32,000 nucleotides of DNA from Pseudomonadota bacterium (lineage in GTDB: Bacteria > Pseudomonadota > Alphaproteobacteria > Rhizobiales > Hyphomicrobiaceae), in the NCBI GenBank assembly GCA_046048295.1, contig JBJOGJ010000005.1, forward strand, positions 8,235-40,234, given 5' to 3'. The notes below the pieces were generated by a model. The model had not been told where the DNA came from and did not search any database. It was given only the letters and a program-made list of their open reading frames with translations. A program made the translations under genes and the position numbers. This document shows positions 16,429-25,219 of the stretch, piece by piece; within the stretch, counting starts at the first letter, position 1, and every line of letters starts with the position of its first letter.

Positions 16429-17649
16429 ATGGCGGCCGGCCACGGAGCCCTCGGTCACATCCGCGTTCTCGATCTGACCGTATTCCTGTCGGGGCCCTAT
16501 GCGACGCAGATGCTCGGCGATCTCGGCGCCGATGTCATCAAGATCGAGCCGATGGACGGCGACCAGACACGCAACCTGCCGCCCAACTTCGTCGGCGAAG
16601 ACAGCGTCTACTATCATAGCCTGAACCGGAACAAGCGTAGCGTAGCGGTCGACTTGCGAAAGGCCGAAGGGCAACGGCTGGTCCAGCGTCTCGCAGAGCA
16701 GGCCGACATACTCATCGAAAACAATCGCCCAGGGGGCATGGCCAAATACGGGCTCGGCTACGATGACCTGAAGCGGATCAACCCGCGACTGGTCTATTGC
16801 TCGATCTCCGGCTTCGGACAGGACGGCCCCTTCCGGGACATGCCGGCCTACGACATGGTCGTCCAGGCCATATCGGGCGGCATGAGCCTTACCGGCGAAC
16901 CGGACGGCAGGCCGGTGCGCTCAGGCATTCCCATCGGCGACATTGGTGCCGCCCTCCACGCTGTTATCGGTATACTTGCTGCAATCGAGGCGCGACACAG
17001 AACTGGACTGGGACAGTATATCGATATCGCCATGTTGGACTGCCAGATCGCCATGCTGAGCTATCAGGCGGCATATTTTCTCGCATCCGGCAATGTCCCG
17101 AAGCCGCAAGGGCGCGGCCATGATTCCATACCGACCTACCGCTCATTCACGGCCGGTGACGGGCGCGAATTCGTAATTTGCGCGAATACGGATCGAATGT
17201 GGCGCTCGCTTTGCACGGCGGTCGGCCGAGAGGATCTAGGGCGCGACTCCCGACTTGCGACGAGACCGCAGCGGTATGAGCATCGCCATGAAATCTGGCA
17301 CGCACTGGAAACCGCGTTTCGTGAAAAGACGGCGGCCGAATGGGTCGAAATCCTTCGCATTGCAGAGGTTCCCGTTGGAGAAGTCAACACGCTCGACCAT
17401 GCGCTTACCCACCCGCAGGTCCAGCACCGGGATATGGTTCTCAACCTGAAGAGCGCCGGGTTGCACGTCGAAGTCGCTGGCAATCCCGTGAAAATGCCGG
17501 AATGGGGTGAACACCCTCCACGGTTTCCTCCCCGACATGGTGGCGATACGCGCCAGGTTCTGGCCGACGAACTCCGATTGAGCGAAACTGAAATCGACGA
17601 ACTGATAGCGATTGGCGCTGTTGGCGTACCCAAATCGGAGCGGGCCTAG
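16429..17649 (+). CDS. Family III (CaiB/BaiF/Frc-type) CoA-transferase
   Basis: IRVLDLTVFLSGPYATQMLGDLGADVIKIEP...YYHSLNRNKRSVAVDL...ILIENNRPG...GIPIGDIGAAL (catalytic Asp region). GGAGGA lies 6-7 nt before ATG 16429. Confidence 0.9.
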   Translation: MAAGHGALGHIRVLDLTVFLSGPYATQMLGDLGADVIKIEPMDGDQTRNLPPNFVGEDSVYYHSLNRNKRSVAVDLRKAEGQRLVQRLAEQADILIENNRPGGMAKYGLGYDDLKRINPRLVYCSISGFGQDGPFRDMPAYDMVVQAISGGMSLTGEPDGRPVRSGIPIGDIGAALHAVIGILAAIEARHRTGLGQYIDIAMLDCQIAMLSYQAAYFLASGNVPKPQGRGHDSIPTYRSFTAGDGREFVICANTDRMWRSLCTAVGREDLGRDSRLATRPQRYEHRHEIWHALETAFREKTAAEWVEILRIAEVPVGEVNTLDHALTHPQVQHRDMVLNLKSAGLHVEVAGNPVKMPEWGEHPPRFPPRHGGDTRQVLADELRLSETEIDELIAIGAVGVPKSERA

Positions 17650-17651
17650 CC

Positions 17652-18440
17652 ATGCGGTTCCGACTGAAATCTGGCCTGACGCTCAACTACCGGACGCGGG
17701 GCCGCGGCCGCACGGTGGTGCTTCTGCACCCGATCGGCTGTCAGCTTGGCATTTGGGACGGCGTGATCGAGGAATTGGAGAATTATTGTCGGCCCATTGC
17801 TGTGGACTTCCGTGGACACGGAGCAAGCGACGGGTCAGCCGAAGCCTATTCGCTGAGAGATCTCGCCTTCGATATAATTGAACTGGTTGAGGCTGTAGGT
17901 GCACCGCCGGCAGTCGTCGCGGGATGCTCCATGGGGGGAATGGTTGCTCAGGCAATCGCCGTAGAGGCAACCGAGATCGTAGCAGGCTTCGTCATCGCCA
18001 ACACCGGCTATACTCGCAATCAAGCGGCCCGTGAAATGCTGGAAGCGCGAGCAAAGGCAGCGGAAGGCGGAATGCCCGGCGTCATCGAGAACACGCTCGC
18101 ACGCTGGTTCAACGAGCGCTATCGTCTACTCGATCCGGAATCCGTTTCCCGTGCTCGCAATTGGCTGCTCGACGCAGACCCCGTTCAGCACGCGCACGGA
18201 TGGCGGGCAATCCGCGATCTCGATTACGCTGAGAGGCTTATCAACGTCGACAGGCCATCACTTGCAATCGCGGGCACCGAAGACCAGTCGGTCGGCACCG
18301 ATGCCATTAAGTCCATGGCTGCCGCCTTGAAGAACTGTACCTATCACCAAATAGAGGGCGCGGGCCATCTAAGCCCGCTGGAGCAGCCGCGAATATTCGC
18401 CCGCACGCTGCGCGATTTCCTCGAGACTTTGCCCGATTGA
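17652..18440 (+). CDS. Alpha/beta-fold hydrolase (3-oxoadipate enol-lactonase-like)
   Basis: VVLLHPIG, nucleophile elbow GCSMGGMVA, and a C-terminal GAGHLSPLEQP His motif. Starts 2 nt after the CoA-transferase stop. Confidence 0.85.
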   Translation: MRFRLKSGLTLNYRTRGRGRTVVLLHPIGCQLGIWDGVIEELENYCRPIAVDFRGHGASDGSAEAYSLRDLAFDIIELVEAVGAPPAVVAGCSMGGMVAQAIAVEATEIVAGFVIANTGYTRNQAAREMLEARAKAAEGGMPGVIENTLARWFNERYRLLDPESVSRARNWLLDADPVQHAHGWRAIRDLDYAERLINVDRPSLAIAGTEDQSVGTDAIKSMAAALKNCTYHQIEGAGHLSPLEQPRIFARTLRDFLETLPD

Positions 18441-18455
18441 GAAAGGACCGGTCCA

Positions 18456-20135
18456 ATGCCGAACGAAATGGCGTCACCCATCACCAGCGGCAGCAAGCGG
18501 CGTCCCGCCAGAACCCTCGCCGAGCACATCGCAGCACTCGACGCGGCGGGTCTTCTCGTCAGGATCGACAAGCCGATAAACAAGGACACTGAGCTTCATC
18601 CCCTGGTCAGGCTGCAATTCCTGGGCGGGCTTCCGGAAAACGAGCGCAAAGCGTTCCTGTTTACAAATGTCGTCGATGCTAAGGGCCGCAAGTACGAAAT
18701 GCCGGTGCTGCTTGGCGCATTGTCGTCCTCACAGCAAATCTATGCGCTTGGCATGGGCTGCGAACCGGAAGAGATCGGCGATGCTTGGAACCATGCGATG
18801 TCGAACCCGATCGCACCGGTCGAAATCAAGGATGCCGCCTGCCAGGAAATCGTCATCACCGGCGAAGATCTCAGAAAACAGGGTGGCGGCGTAGCCATGC
18901 TGCCGGTACCCGTCTCGACACCGGGCTTCGATGCAGCACCCTACCTCACCGCGACGCTCTGCATCACGAAGGATCCCGATACCGGCATCCAGAACATGGG
19001 CATGTATCGCGCGGCACTGAAGGCAACAGACCGCCTCGCCGTTCGAATGGTGGCGCGCCCGGGTGGCGCCGGCGGCTGGGTACATTGGCTGAAATACCGC
19101 GAACGTGGAGAACGGATGCCCATCGCGATCGCCATCGGAGCGGCACCCATCGTGGCGTTCACATCCCCCCAGAAGCTCGCCATCGACATCGACGAACTCG
19201 CCGTATCCGGCGGGCTGGCGGGCGAGCCGATCGAGACTGTCAAATGCAAGACTGTCGACCTGATGGTACCCGCCAACGCGGAGATCGTCATCGAAGGCGA
19301 GATCGAGGCTGGCGTCCTCGAGCCCGAAGCGCCCTTCGGCGAAAGCAACGGCTACGTCGCATTGGAAGGCTTCAACATGCCGATGAAGGTGACCGCCATT
19401 ACGCACCGGAGAAATCCGGTATTCAACGCGATAATAAGCCAGGTCACGCCAAGCGAATCGAGCATGATCAAGAAGGTGGCCTACGAGCCGCTCTTCCTGC
19501 GCCACCTGAAGAAGGAACTGGGCATAAAGGGCATCCGTCAGGTCTGCATGCACGAGGCGTTGACCAATCTCCGCCCGGTGATCTTCCTTCAGTTCGACTA
19601 CGGCACGCCGCAAACCGAGGTCTGGCGCGGGCTCCATGGCGCGTCAACTCTGCTCGCCTACTGCGGCAAACTCGTCGTAGCGGTGAGCGACGACATTGAC
19701 CCGCGATCGGTCGATGCAGTCCTTTGGTCAATCGCCTACCGGTCGAAACCGGGCGAAGACGCCTTGATTGTGCCGTACCGCGCAGGTTCCCAAGGTTCGC
19801 AATATTCCGGTGGCAAGACCGACTCGAGCCTGCTTATCGATGCTACACGCAAGCGCCTCATGGCACCGCTCGCCCTCCCGAGGAAGGAATATATGGAGCG
19901 GGCACAGGAGATCTGGGCCGAACTCGGCCTGCCTCCGTTACGCCTGAACTCACCCTGGCACGGCTATACGCTCGGCCACTGGAACGAGAACTGGGAGCGG
20001 TTCGCACAGCGTGCAGTAGCCGGAGAATGGGAGGCCAACGGCATCGAGACATTGGCCCGTCAACGCGACGGCCTAGAGGCAGAAACATCGGTATGGCTGG
20101 TCGAGGAAGATGGCGGCAAGGATGCAAAGCGCTGA
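18456..20135 (+). CDS. UbiD-family (prFMN-dependent) decarboxylase, long form (559 aa)
   Basis: UbiD motifs: GIQNMGMYR, GGWVHWLKY, DELAVSGGLAGEPIETVKCKTVDLMVPANAEIVIEGEI, EAPFGESNGY. It has about 60 extra C-terminal residues compared with the roughly 490-500 aa of E. coli UbiD or yeast Fdc1. Confidence 0.9.
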   Translation: MPNEMASPITSGSKRRPARTLAEHIAALDAAGLLVRIDKPINKDTELHPLVRLQFLGGLPENERKAFLFTNVVDAKGRKYEMPVLLGALSSSQQIYALGMGCEPEEIGDAWNHAMSNPIAPVEIKDAACQEIVITGEDLRKQGGGVAMLPVPVSTPGFDAAPYLTATLCITKDPDTGIQNMGMYRAALKATDRLAVRMVARPGGAGGWVHWLKYRERGERMPIAIAIGAAPIVAFTSPQKLAIDIDELAVSGGLAGEPIETVKCKTVDLMVPANAEIVIEGEIEAGVLEPEAPFGESNGYVALEGFNMPMKVTAITHRRNPVFNAIISQVTPSESSMIKKVAYEPLFLRHLKKELGIKGIRQVCMHEALTNLRPVIFLQFDYGTPQTEVWRGLHGASTLLAYCGKLVVAVSDDIDPRSVDAVLWSIAYRSKPGEDALIVPYRAGSQGSQYSGGKTDSSLLIDATRKRLMAPLALPRKEYMERAQEIWAELGLPPLRLNSPWHGYTLGHWNENWERFAQRAVAGEWEANGIETLARQRDGLEAETSVWLVEEDGGKDAKR

Positions 20136-20222
20136 CAATCGGCACCCGCTCCCCACGCCTTTCCATGAGAACGAATTGGGACTAGATGTATCTCACAACG
20201 AACAGAACAATTAGGGGATGAA

Positions 20223-21473
20223 ATGACCGGTAGCGGCTGGGGCGTCCTACGCCATCGAGACTTTTCTCTGGTTTGCGGTGCCCGGTTCGCAAATACCCTC
20301 GCCAATCACATTATTCAGGTTGCCATCGCCTGGTACGTCTACGACGTGACTGGGGATGCATTCGCACTGGCATACTTGGGACTTGCGGCATTCGTACCGG
20401 CAGTACTTCTCGTCCTCTTCACCGGCTACATAGCTGACCATTTCGACCGGCGCCTTCTGATGATGGGCGCCAGCCTCGTCTTCACTCTTTCGGCGCTCGC
20501 ATTGCTGCTCGTCGTAGCCTCCGGCAGTAATCTCATCTGGCCGATTTATCTGGTCGTCATATTCGTGAGCGGTTCGCGATCGTTCTTCAACACGGCGTCC
20601 CGGGCAATAGTCCCGAGCCTCGTGCCGAAGGATCAGCTGGCGAATGGCGTGGCATTCGCATCTGGCGCAGAGCAGGCTGCAACCATTGCCGGCCCGGCAT
20701 TGGGAGGCATACTATATCTATTCGGATCATTGTTCCCGTTCACCACCGCAACCGTGACGCTGGCGGCAGCCATGGTAGCTGCCTTCCTCGTTCGCTTCCG
20801 CGACATTCCGCAGAAGGCCTCCGAACCCGTATCGTTCAAGGTGCTTGCTGCCGGTTTCACCTTCATGCGGTCGAAACCGGTCGTGTTGGCCGCAATTTCA
20901 CTCGACGCGTTCGTGGGCCTGCTGTCGAACGTTGTTATTCTCCTGCCAATCTACGCGAAGGACATACTGCACGTCGGCCCCGTCGGCCACGGCTTCCTGC
21001 GCACGGCACCGGCTGTCGGTGCACTCCTGATGGCGATGTGGCTTGCCAACAACCAGTTCGTGAAACGCCAATCCGGCGCCAAGATGCTGATTTCCGTTGG
21101 CGTGTTCGGCGTGGCAACACTGGTCTTCGGGTTTTCGTACAGCTTCTACCTCTCACTACTGGCCTTGGCCATTGTCGGCGCATCCGACATGGTCAGCGTC
21201 GTTATTCGCCACACGCTGATCCAGGCCGACACCCCGAACGAACTCCGCGGACGGGTGTCTTCGGTGAATTCACTGTTCACCAGTGCGTCCAGCGAACTCG
21301 GCCGGGCGCGCGCCGGACTGCTCGCAGGCCTGTTCGGCCCCGTTGCCTCCGTTGCCATCGGCGGCATCGCGGCACTCGCCATCACAGCATTGTGGCCTGT
21401 GCTATTCAAGGATCTCTGGCGACGGGACCATCTTGTCGAAGAAGACACCCAGCCGGCAACCGCAAAGTCTTGA
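20223..21473 (+). CDS. MFS transporter (EntS/MFS_3-like, about 12 TM)
   Basis: WGVLRHRDFSLVCGARFANTLANHIIQVAIAWYVY..., then GYIADHFDRRLLMM between TM2 and TM3; hydrophobic throughout. Confidence 0.85.
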   Translation: MTGSGWGVLRHRDFSLVCGARFANTLANHIIQVAIAWYVYDVTGDAFALAYLGLAAFVPAVLLVLFTGYIADHFDRRLLMMGASLVFTLSALALLLVVASGSNLIWPIYLVVIFVSGSRSFFNTASRAIVPSLVPKDQLANGVAFASGAEQAATIAGPALGGILYLFGSLFPFTTATVTLAAAMVAAFLVRFRDIPQKASEPVSFKVLAAGFTFMRSKPVVLAAISLDAFVGLLSNVVILLPIYAKDILHVGPVGHGFLRTAPAVGALLMAMWLANNQFVKRQSGAKMLISVGVFGVATLVFGFSYSFYLSLLALAIVGASDMVSVVIRHTLIQADTPNELRGRVSSVNSLFTSASSELGRARAGLLAGLFGPVASVAIGGIAALAITALWPVLFKDLWRRDHLVEEDTQPATAKS

Positions 21474-21559
21474 GGACAATCTCAGGCGCTTGATCGCCAT
21501 GAGGCCAGGATCTAGACTTCTCCCAACTGAAGATCAGGCCGTCAGAGGAGACGAATTCC

Positions 21560-22437
21560 ATGACCGTGGCGGACACTGCGATCCGGGTCGAGCCGCTCAG
21601 CAAGCAGATTGGCGGCCGCGTGACGGGGGTGGACCTTACAAAGGTTCTCCCGGAAGAAACCATCAGCCAGATCCGAGACGCTTTCCATGCCTATTCCGTT
21701 CTGCTTTTTCCAGCCCAGGAGATCGGACCGGACGACCAGATCCGCTTTGCAGCAATGTTTGGCAAAGCCGACGGAAACGCCAAGTCCCGCAAGTCGGACA
21801 AGGACAAACTCGAGCGCCAGAAGGGCATAATGTACGTAACCAACATTCGGGAAAACGGCGTGCCGATCGGCTCCCTCCCGGATGGAGAAATGCACTTCCA
21901 CGCCGACGGTGCCCACAGACAGATACCCTACCGCTGCACGACGCTCTATGCCCAGCGCCTGCCGTCTCGCGGAGGCGAAACGAAATTCGCCAACCTGTAC
22001 GCCGCCTATGAGGCCCTCCCCGTCTCGCTAAAAGAACGCCTCGAAGGTCGCAAGGCGCTATACGCACACGAAACATCTGCGACGCTGCGTGATCAGATTA
22101 AAGACTTGGGCAATCCACTGGTCAACCAGGCAGTTCACAACCTGGTGTCGACGCACCCGGTGACGGGACGCAAGTCTCTATACATGAGCAGGCTGATGAC
22201 GCGCATATCCTCGACATGGACGCAGGTGAGAGCGAAGACCTTCTTGCTGAGCTTTTCGAACATGCGGAAAAGCCTGAGTTTGTCTATGAGCACAAGTGGA
22301 CCGTCGATGACCTCATCATTTGGGACAACCGCTGCGTCAACCATGCGCGCAACGACTTCCCAGAGGACGAGGTGCGACTCCTGCGACGCGTAACCGTTTC
22401 GGAAACGAACGACACATCGACCGTTCCGGAATACTGA
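21560..22437 (+). pseudogene. TauD/TfdA-family Fe(II)/2-oxoglutarate dioxygenase interrupted by a 1-nt frameshift near 22200
   Basis: The frame from 21560 encodes the N-terminal about 214 aa (HFHADG H-x-D, GGETKFANLYAAYEALP, STHPVTGRKSLYMSRLMT) and then becomes Ser/Thr-rich nonsense. The frame open from 22102 continues with HILDMDAGESEDLLAELFEHAEKPEFVYEHKWTVDDLIIWDNRCVNHARNDF...RLLRRVTV. The two parts join into a normal protein of about 290 aa. Confidence 0.85.
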
Positions 22438-22557
22438 GAAACCTGAAACGTTTCGCCTGACGAGGCGCTTAGGAACTGCCGCCTCCGTCACAGTCGAGAC
22501 AATAAAATTGAATGGGCCGCAAGAGCCTGAACCAATATTTCATCACTGGAGGAAACC

Positions 22558-23601
22558 ATGCTCAAGCAATTTCGGCTGACTAGTCTGGCAAGAATGCTCG
22601 CCGCCTTGGTCGGGCTGACAGCGCTCGTCACCAACGCCAGGGCAGAGGACGCCCGCGCATTCTTCAAGGGCAAGCATATAACGATCCTGATACCGTTCGC
22701 TCCAGGCGGCGGTTACGACGCCTACGCACGCCTCCTTGCACCGCACTTCGGCAAGTATCTCGACGCCCAGTTCATCATCAAGAACATGCCGGGCGGCGGC
22801 GGCCTCCTTGCGCTTGGCCAACTCGCAGCAGCCAAGCCGGATGGCACTACGATCATGCTCGCCGAGGGGGCCGGCGCAGCGCTCGCTCAACTACAGGAAC
22901 GTAGCAGCGTCCGCTACGATCTCCTCAAGGTCGGGCACCTCGGGACCGTTGCAGAATCCCCGTGGCTCGTGCTGACCAGCCCGAAACTGGATATCAAGAC
23001 GCTCGACGACCTGATCAAGAAGGGCAAGTCTGGCCTGAGCTGGGCCGCAACGGGCCCCGCCGCCGCTCTCGCAAGCGGCCCCAAGATGGCATGTGACGTA
23101 CTGGGCATGGACAAGTGCAAGATCGTGCTCGGCTACAAGGGCAGCGCGGCCGCGGCACTGGCCGTAGCGAAAGGCGAAATGGACGCGATGTACGTTTCAG
23201 ATACTTCGGCCGAGAAATACGTCAACAATGGCGATTTGGTCCCGATCGTCGTCTTCGGCCGCAAGCGTTCGCGCTACATTCCCGCCACCGCGACGATCTT
23301 CGAAATGCGCAAGCTCTCCAAGGATGACGAGTGGATCATCGACTTTTTTTCGAACATGCAGGCCCTGGGCCGCATCCTTATCGTCACTCAGGGGACACCG
23401 CCAGACCGCCTCAAGCTCCTTCAGGACATGACAAAGGCTGTATTAACAGATCCCGCCGTCGTGGCAGAATCTGAAAAGCGGCGGCGCGAAATTGTCTATA
23501 GCGATGGCGAAACGACGAAAAGGAACGTCGAAAGCGTACTCAAGATCGATTCGCCGGAGAAGAAGAAGCGGGCGCTTTCTGTATTGAATGTGGAAGGGTA
23601 G
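22558..23601 (+). CDS. Bug-family (TctC-like) periplasmic substrate-binding protein
   Basis: Signal peptide LAALVGLTALVTNARA, then FFKGKHITILIPFAPGGGYDAYARL...IKNMPGGGG. GGAGGA RBS. Confidence 0.9.
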   Translation: MLKQFRLTSLARMLAALVGLTALVTNARAEDARAFFKGKHITILIPFAPGGGYDAYARLLAPHFGKYLDAQFIIKNMPGGGGLLALGQLAAAKPDGTTIMLAEGAGAALAQLQERSSVRYDLLKVGHLGTVAESPWLVLTSPKLDIKTLDDLIKKGKSGLSWAATGPAAALASGPKMACDVLGMDKCKIVLGYKGSAAAALAVAKGEMDAMYVSDTSAEKYVNNGDLVPIVVFGRKRSRYIPATATIFEMRKLSKDDEWIIDFFSNMQALGRILIVTQGTPPDRLKLLQDMTKAVLTDPAVVAESEKRRREIVYSDGETTKRNVESVLKIDSPEKKKRALSVLNVEG

Positions 23602-23688
23602 GTGACGCTTCGGCCGCATTGTCCGGTGATGAAATTGCGCCTACCTTCGCAGTAAAGGGAAAAAACGGAACAACGCCAGGAGACCGCC

Positions 23689-24753
23689 ATGGGTGTAATG
23701 AGCATTGACTGCGACGCACACGTCATCGAGACGCCGAAGACATGGGAGTACATGGAGCCGGAGGACCGGAAATACCAGCCGGTCGTCGTCAGGCTGGCAG
23801 GCAGCGAGCAGCGGCTCCAGGGTGCCGACGAGAAGCAGCGCCAGTACTGGGCGATGGACGGAAGACTTGTGCCACGCGAACGCAACGTTGGTGACGACAC
23901 CGACAAGGCCACGCGTGAGATGGAGGACATTCCGGCCCGCCTGAAGCATATGGACGAATTGCATGTCGATATCCAGGTGCTTTTCCCGAGCCTCTGGCTC
24001 CGCCCGATCACCCACGATCCCAAGCTCGAGCTCGCGATGGCGCGCAGCTACAATCGCTGGACAGCAGAGGTGAGCAGCAAGAGCGGCGGGCGCATGCGTT
24101 GGGTCGTCATTCCGCCGTTACTTTCGCTGAACAACGGCTCGATCGTCCGCGATGAGCTGGTGTGGGCCAAGCAGAACGGCGCGGTCGGGATTCACATGTG
24201 CGGCTACTCCTGCGACAAGGAGATGACCGACCCGTTTTTCCAGCCATTCTTCAAGATGGCTGAGGAACTCGACATGCCGATCTGTTTCCACGCTGGTAAC
24301 CAAAGCTTCACAATCCACGACTTTCACATCAATTCAGACGGCTATCCGAAGTTCAAGGTGCCGGTCATAGCCGCGTTCAACTCCCTCCTACTGCACGAAA
24401 TTCCGAAGCGCTATCCTGGCCTCCGCTGGGCATTTGCCGAAACGGGCGCCATGTGGGTTCCCTACGTCCTGCACGAAACCTGGCGTCGATACAGGATGCG
24501 CGGCAAGTCCTTCGACATGGAAGGAGCGCTCGAGGCCAACAACCTTTTCGTCGCCGCACAGGCCAACGAGGACATTCCCTATCTTGCCAAGGTAGCTGGC
24601 GAGAACTGGATCATGATGGCGACGGACTATGGCCATGCGGATACATCGAGCGAGATAGATGCGATGCTGAAGATCGAGCAACGCAACGAAATGTCGGATA
24701 CGCTGAAGCAGAAGGTGCTCCGCGACAACGCCGCAAAATTCTACAAGCTCTGA
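23689..24753 (+). CDS. Amidohydrolase_2 (ACMSD/LigW/LigI-type metal-dependent hydrolase or decarboxylase) family protein
   Basis: N-terminal SIDCDAHVIE, mid GIHMCGY...PICFHAG, C-terminal ATDYGHAD...RDNAAKFY; this is the TIM-barrel amidohydrolase_2 pattern. Confidence 0.75.
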   Translation: MGVMSIDCDAHVIETPKTWEYMEPEDRKYQPVVVRLAGSEQRLQGADEKQRQYWAMDGRLVPRERNVGDDTDKATREMEDIPARLKHMDELHVDIQVLFPSLWLRPITHDPKLELAMARSYNRWTAEVSSKSGGRMRWVVIPPLLSLNNGSIVRDELVWAKQNGAVGIHMCGYSCDKEMTDPFFQPFFKMAEELDMPICFHAGNQSFTIHDFHINSDGYPKFKVPVIAAFNSLLLHEIPKRYPGLRWAFAETGAMWVPYVLHETWRRYRMRGKSFDMEGALEANNLFVAAQANEDIPYLAKVAGENWIMMATDYGHADTSSEIDAMLKIEQRNEMSDTLKQKVLRDNAAKFYKL

Positions 24754-24784
24754 CGAGCTTTTGGCGTCGAGAGCTGCTCGATAC

Positions 24785-24808
24785 GGCGGCGCCTGCAAAG
24801 GCGCCGCC
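24785..24808. terminator. Perfect GC hairpin between convergent genes (possible bidirectional terminator)
   Basis: ggcggcgcc - tgcaaa - ggcgccgcc, a 9-bp perfect stem. It sits between the stop at 24753 (+) and the stop at 24812 (-). The U-tract is weak. Confidence 0.45.
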
Positions 24809-24811
24809 TTG

Positions 24812-25219
24812 CTATGCCGGCTCGAACTTCGGAATTGTCAGCTCTGGCGTGACGTCATCGAACACAACCTTCACCGGCATGTCGCAAACAACCTTGCCGG
24901 GTTCGATCCCGACAATGTTGGCCATCATCCGCGGCCCCTCCGCTAGCTCAACCACAGCCACGACGTAGGGTAGCTCGCCCTCCCATCCCTTGTGATACAG
25001 GCGGTGGTAAGTGACGAAGGTGTGAACCTTCCCTGCCCCCGATGCCTCGGTCCACCCGAAATCGATGCTGCCGCAGTGCGGGCAGATCGTGGTCGGCGGG
25101 AACCAGGACTTGCTGCAATTGTTGCACTTCGGGATCTTAAGCTTGTGCTCCCGGGCTGCCACCCAGAACGGCTCCGCCTCGGGCGAAATGTGGGGGATCG
25201 GCTTCTTGTAGTCGCTCAT
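24812..25219 (-). CDS. DUF35 (OB-fold plus zinc-ribbon) thiolase-associated protein
   Basis: MSDYKKPIPHISPEAEPFW..., ribbon CNNCSKSWFPPTTICPHCGS, OB segment GKVHTFVTYH...PYVVAVVELAEG. ATG 25219 overlaps the upstream stop as ATGA. The 235-aa ORF-track version is an Arg-rich upstream extension and is rejected. Confidence 0.85.
   Translation of the reverse strand: MSDYKKPIPHISPEAEPFWVAAREHKLKIPKCNNCSKSWFPPTTICPHCGSIDFGWTEASGAGKVHTFVTYHRLYHKGWEGELPYVVAVVELAEGPRMMANIVGIEPGKVVCDMPVKVVFDDVTPELTIPKFEPA

Noticed and set aside
18729-19699. 302-aa minus-strand and 304-aa plus-strand alternative-frame ORFs inside the UbiD gene
   Set aside because: Both are Arg/Gly/Pro-rich nonsense, whereas the 18456..20135 frame carries all the UbiD motifs.
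22195-22210. Possible programmed ribosomal frameshift in the TauD-like gene
   Set aside because: There is no slippery heptamer or obvious downstream stimulatory structure at the junction. A mutation or a sequencing indel is the simpler explanation.
22445-22454. Perfect 10-bp palindrome gaaacgtttc just after the TauD-like stop
   Set aside because: It is AT-rich and too short to be a stable terminator, and it occurs only once, so there is no evidence that it is an operator.
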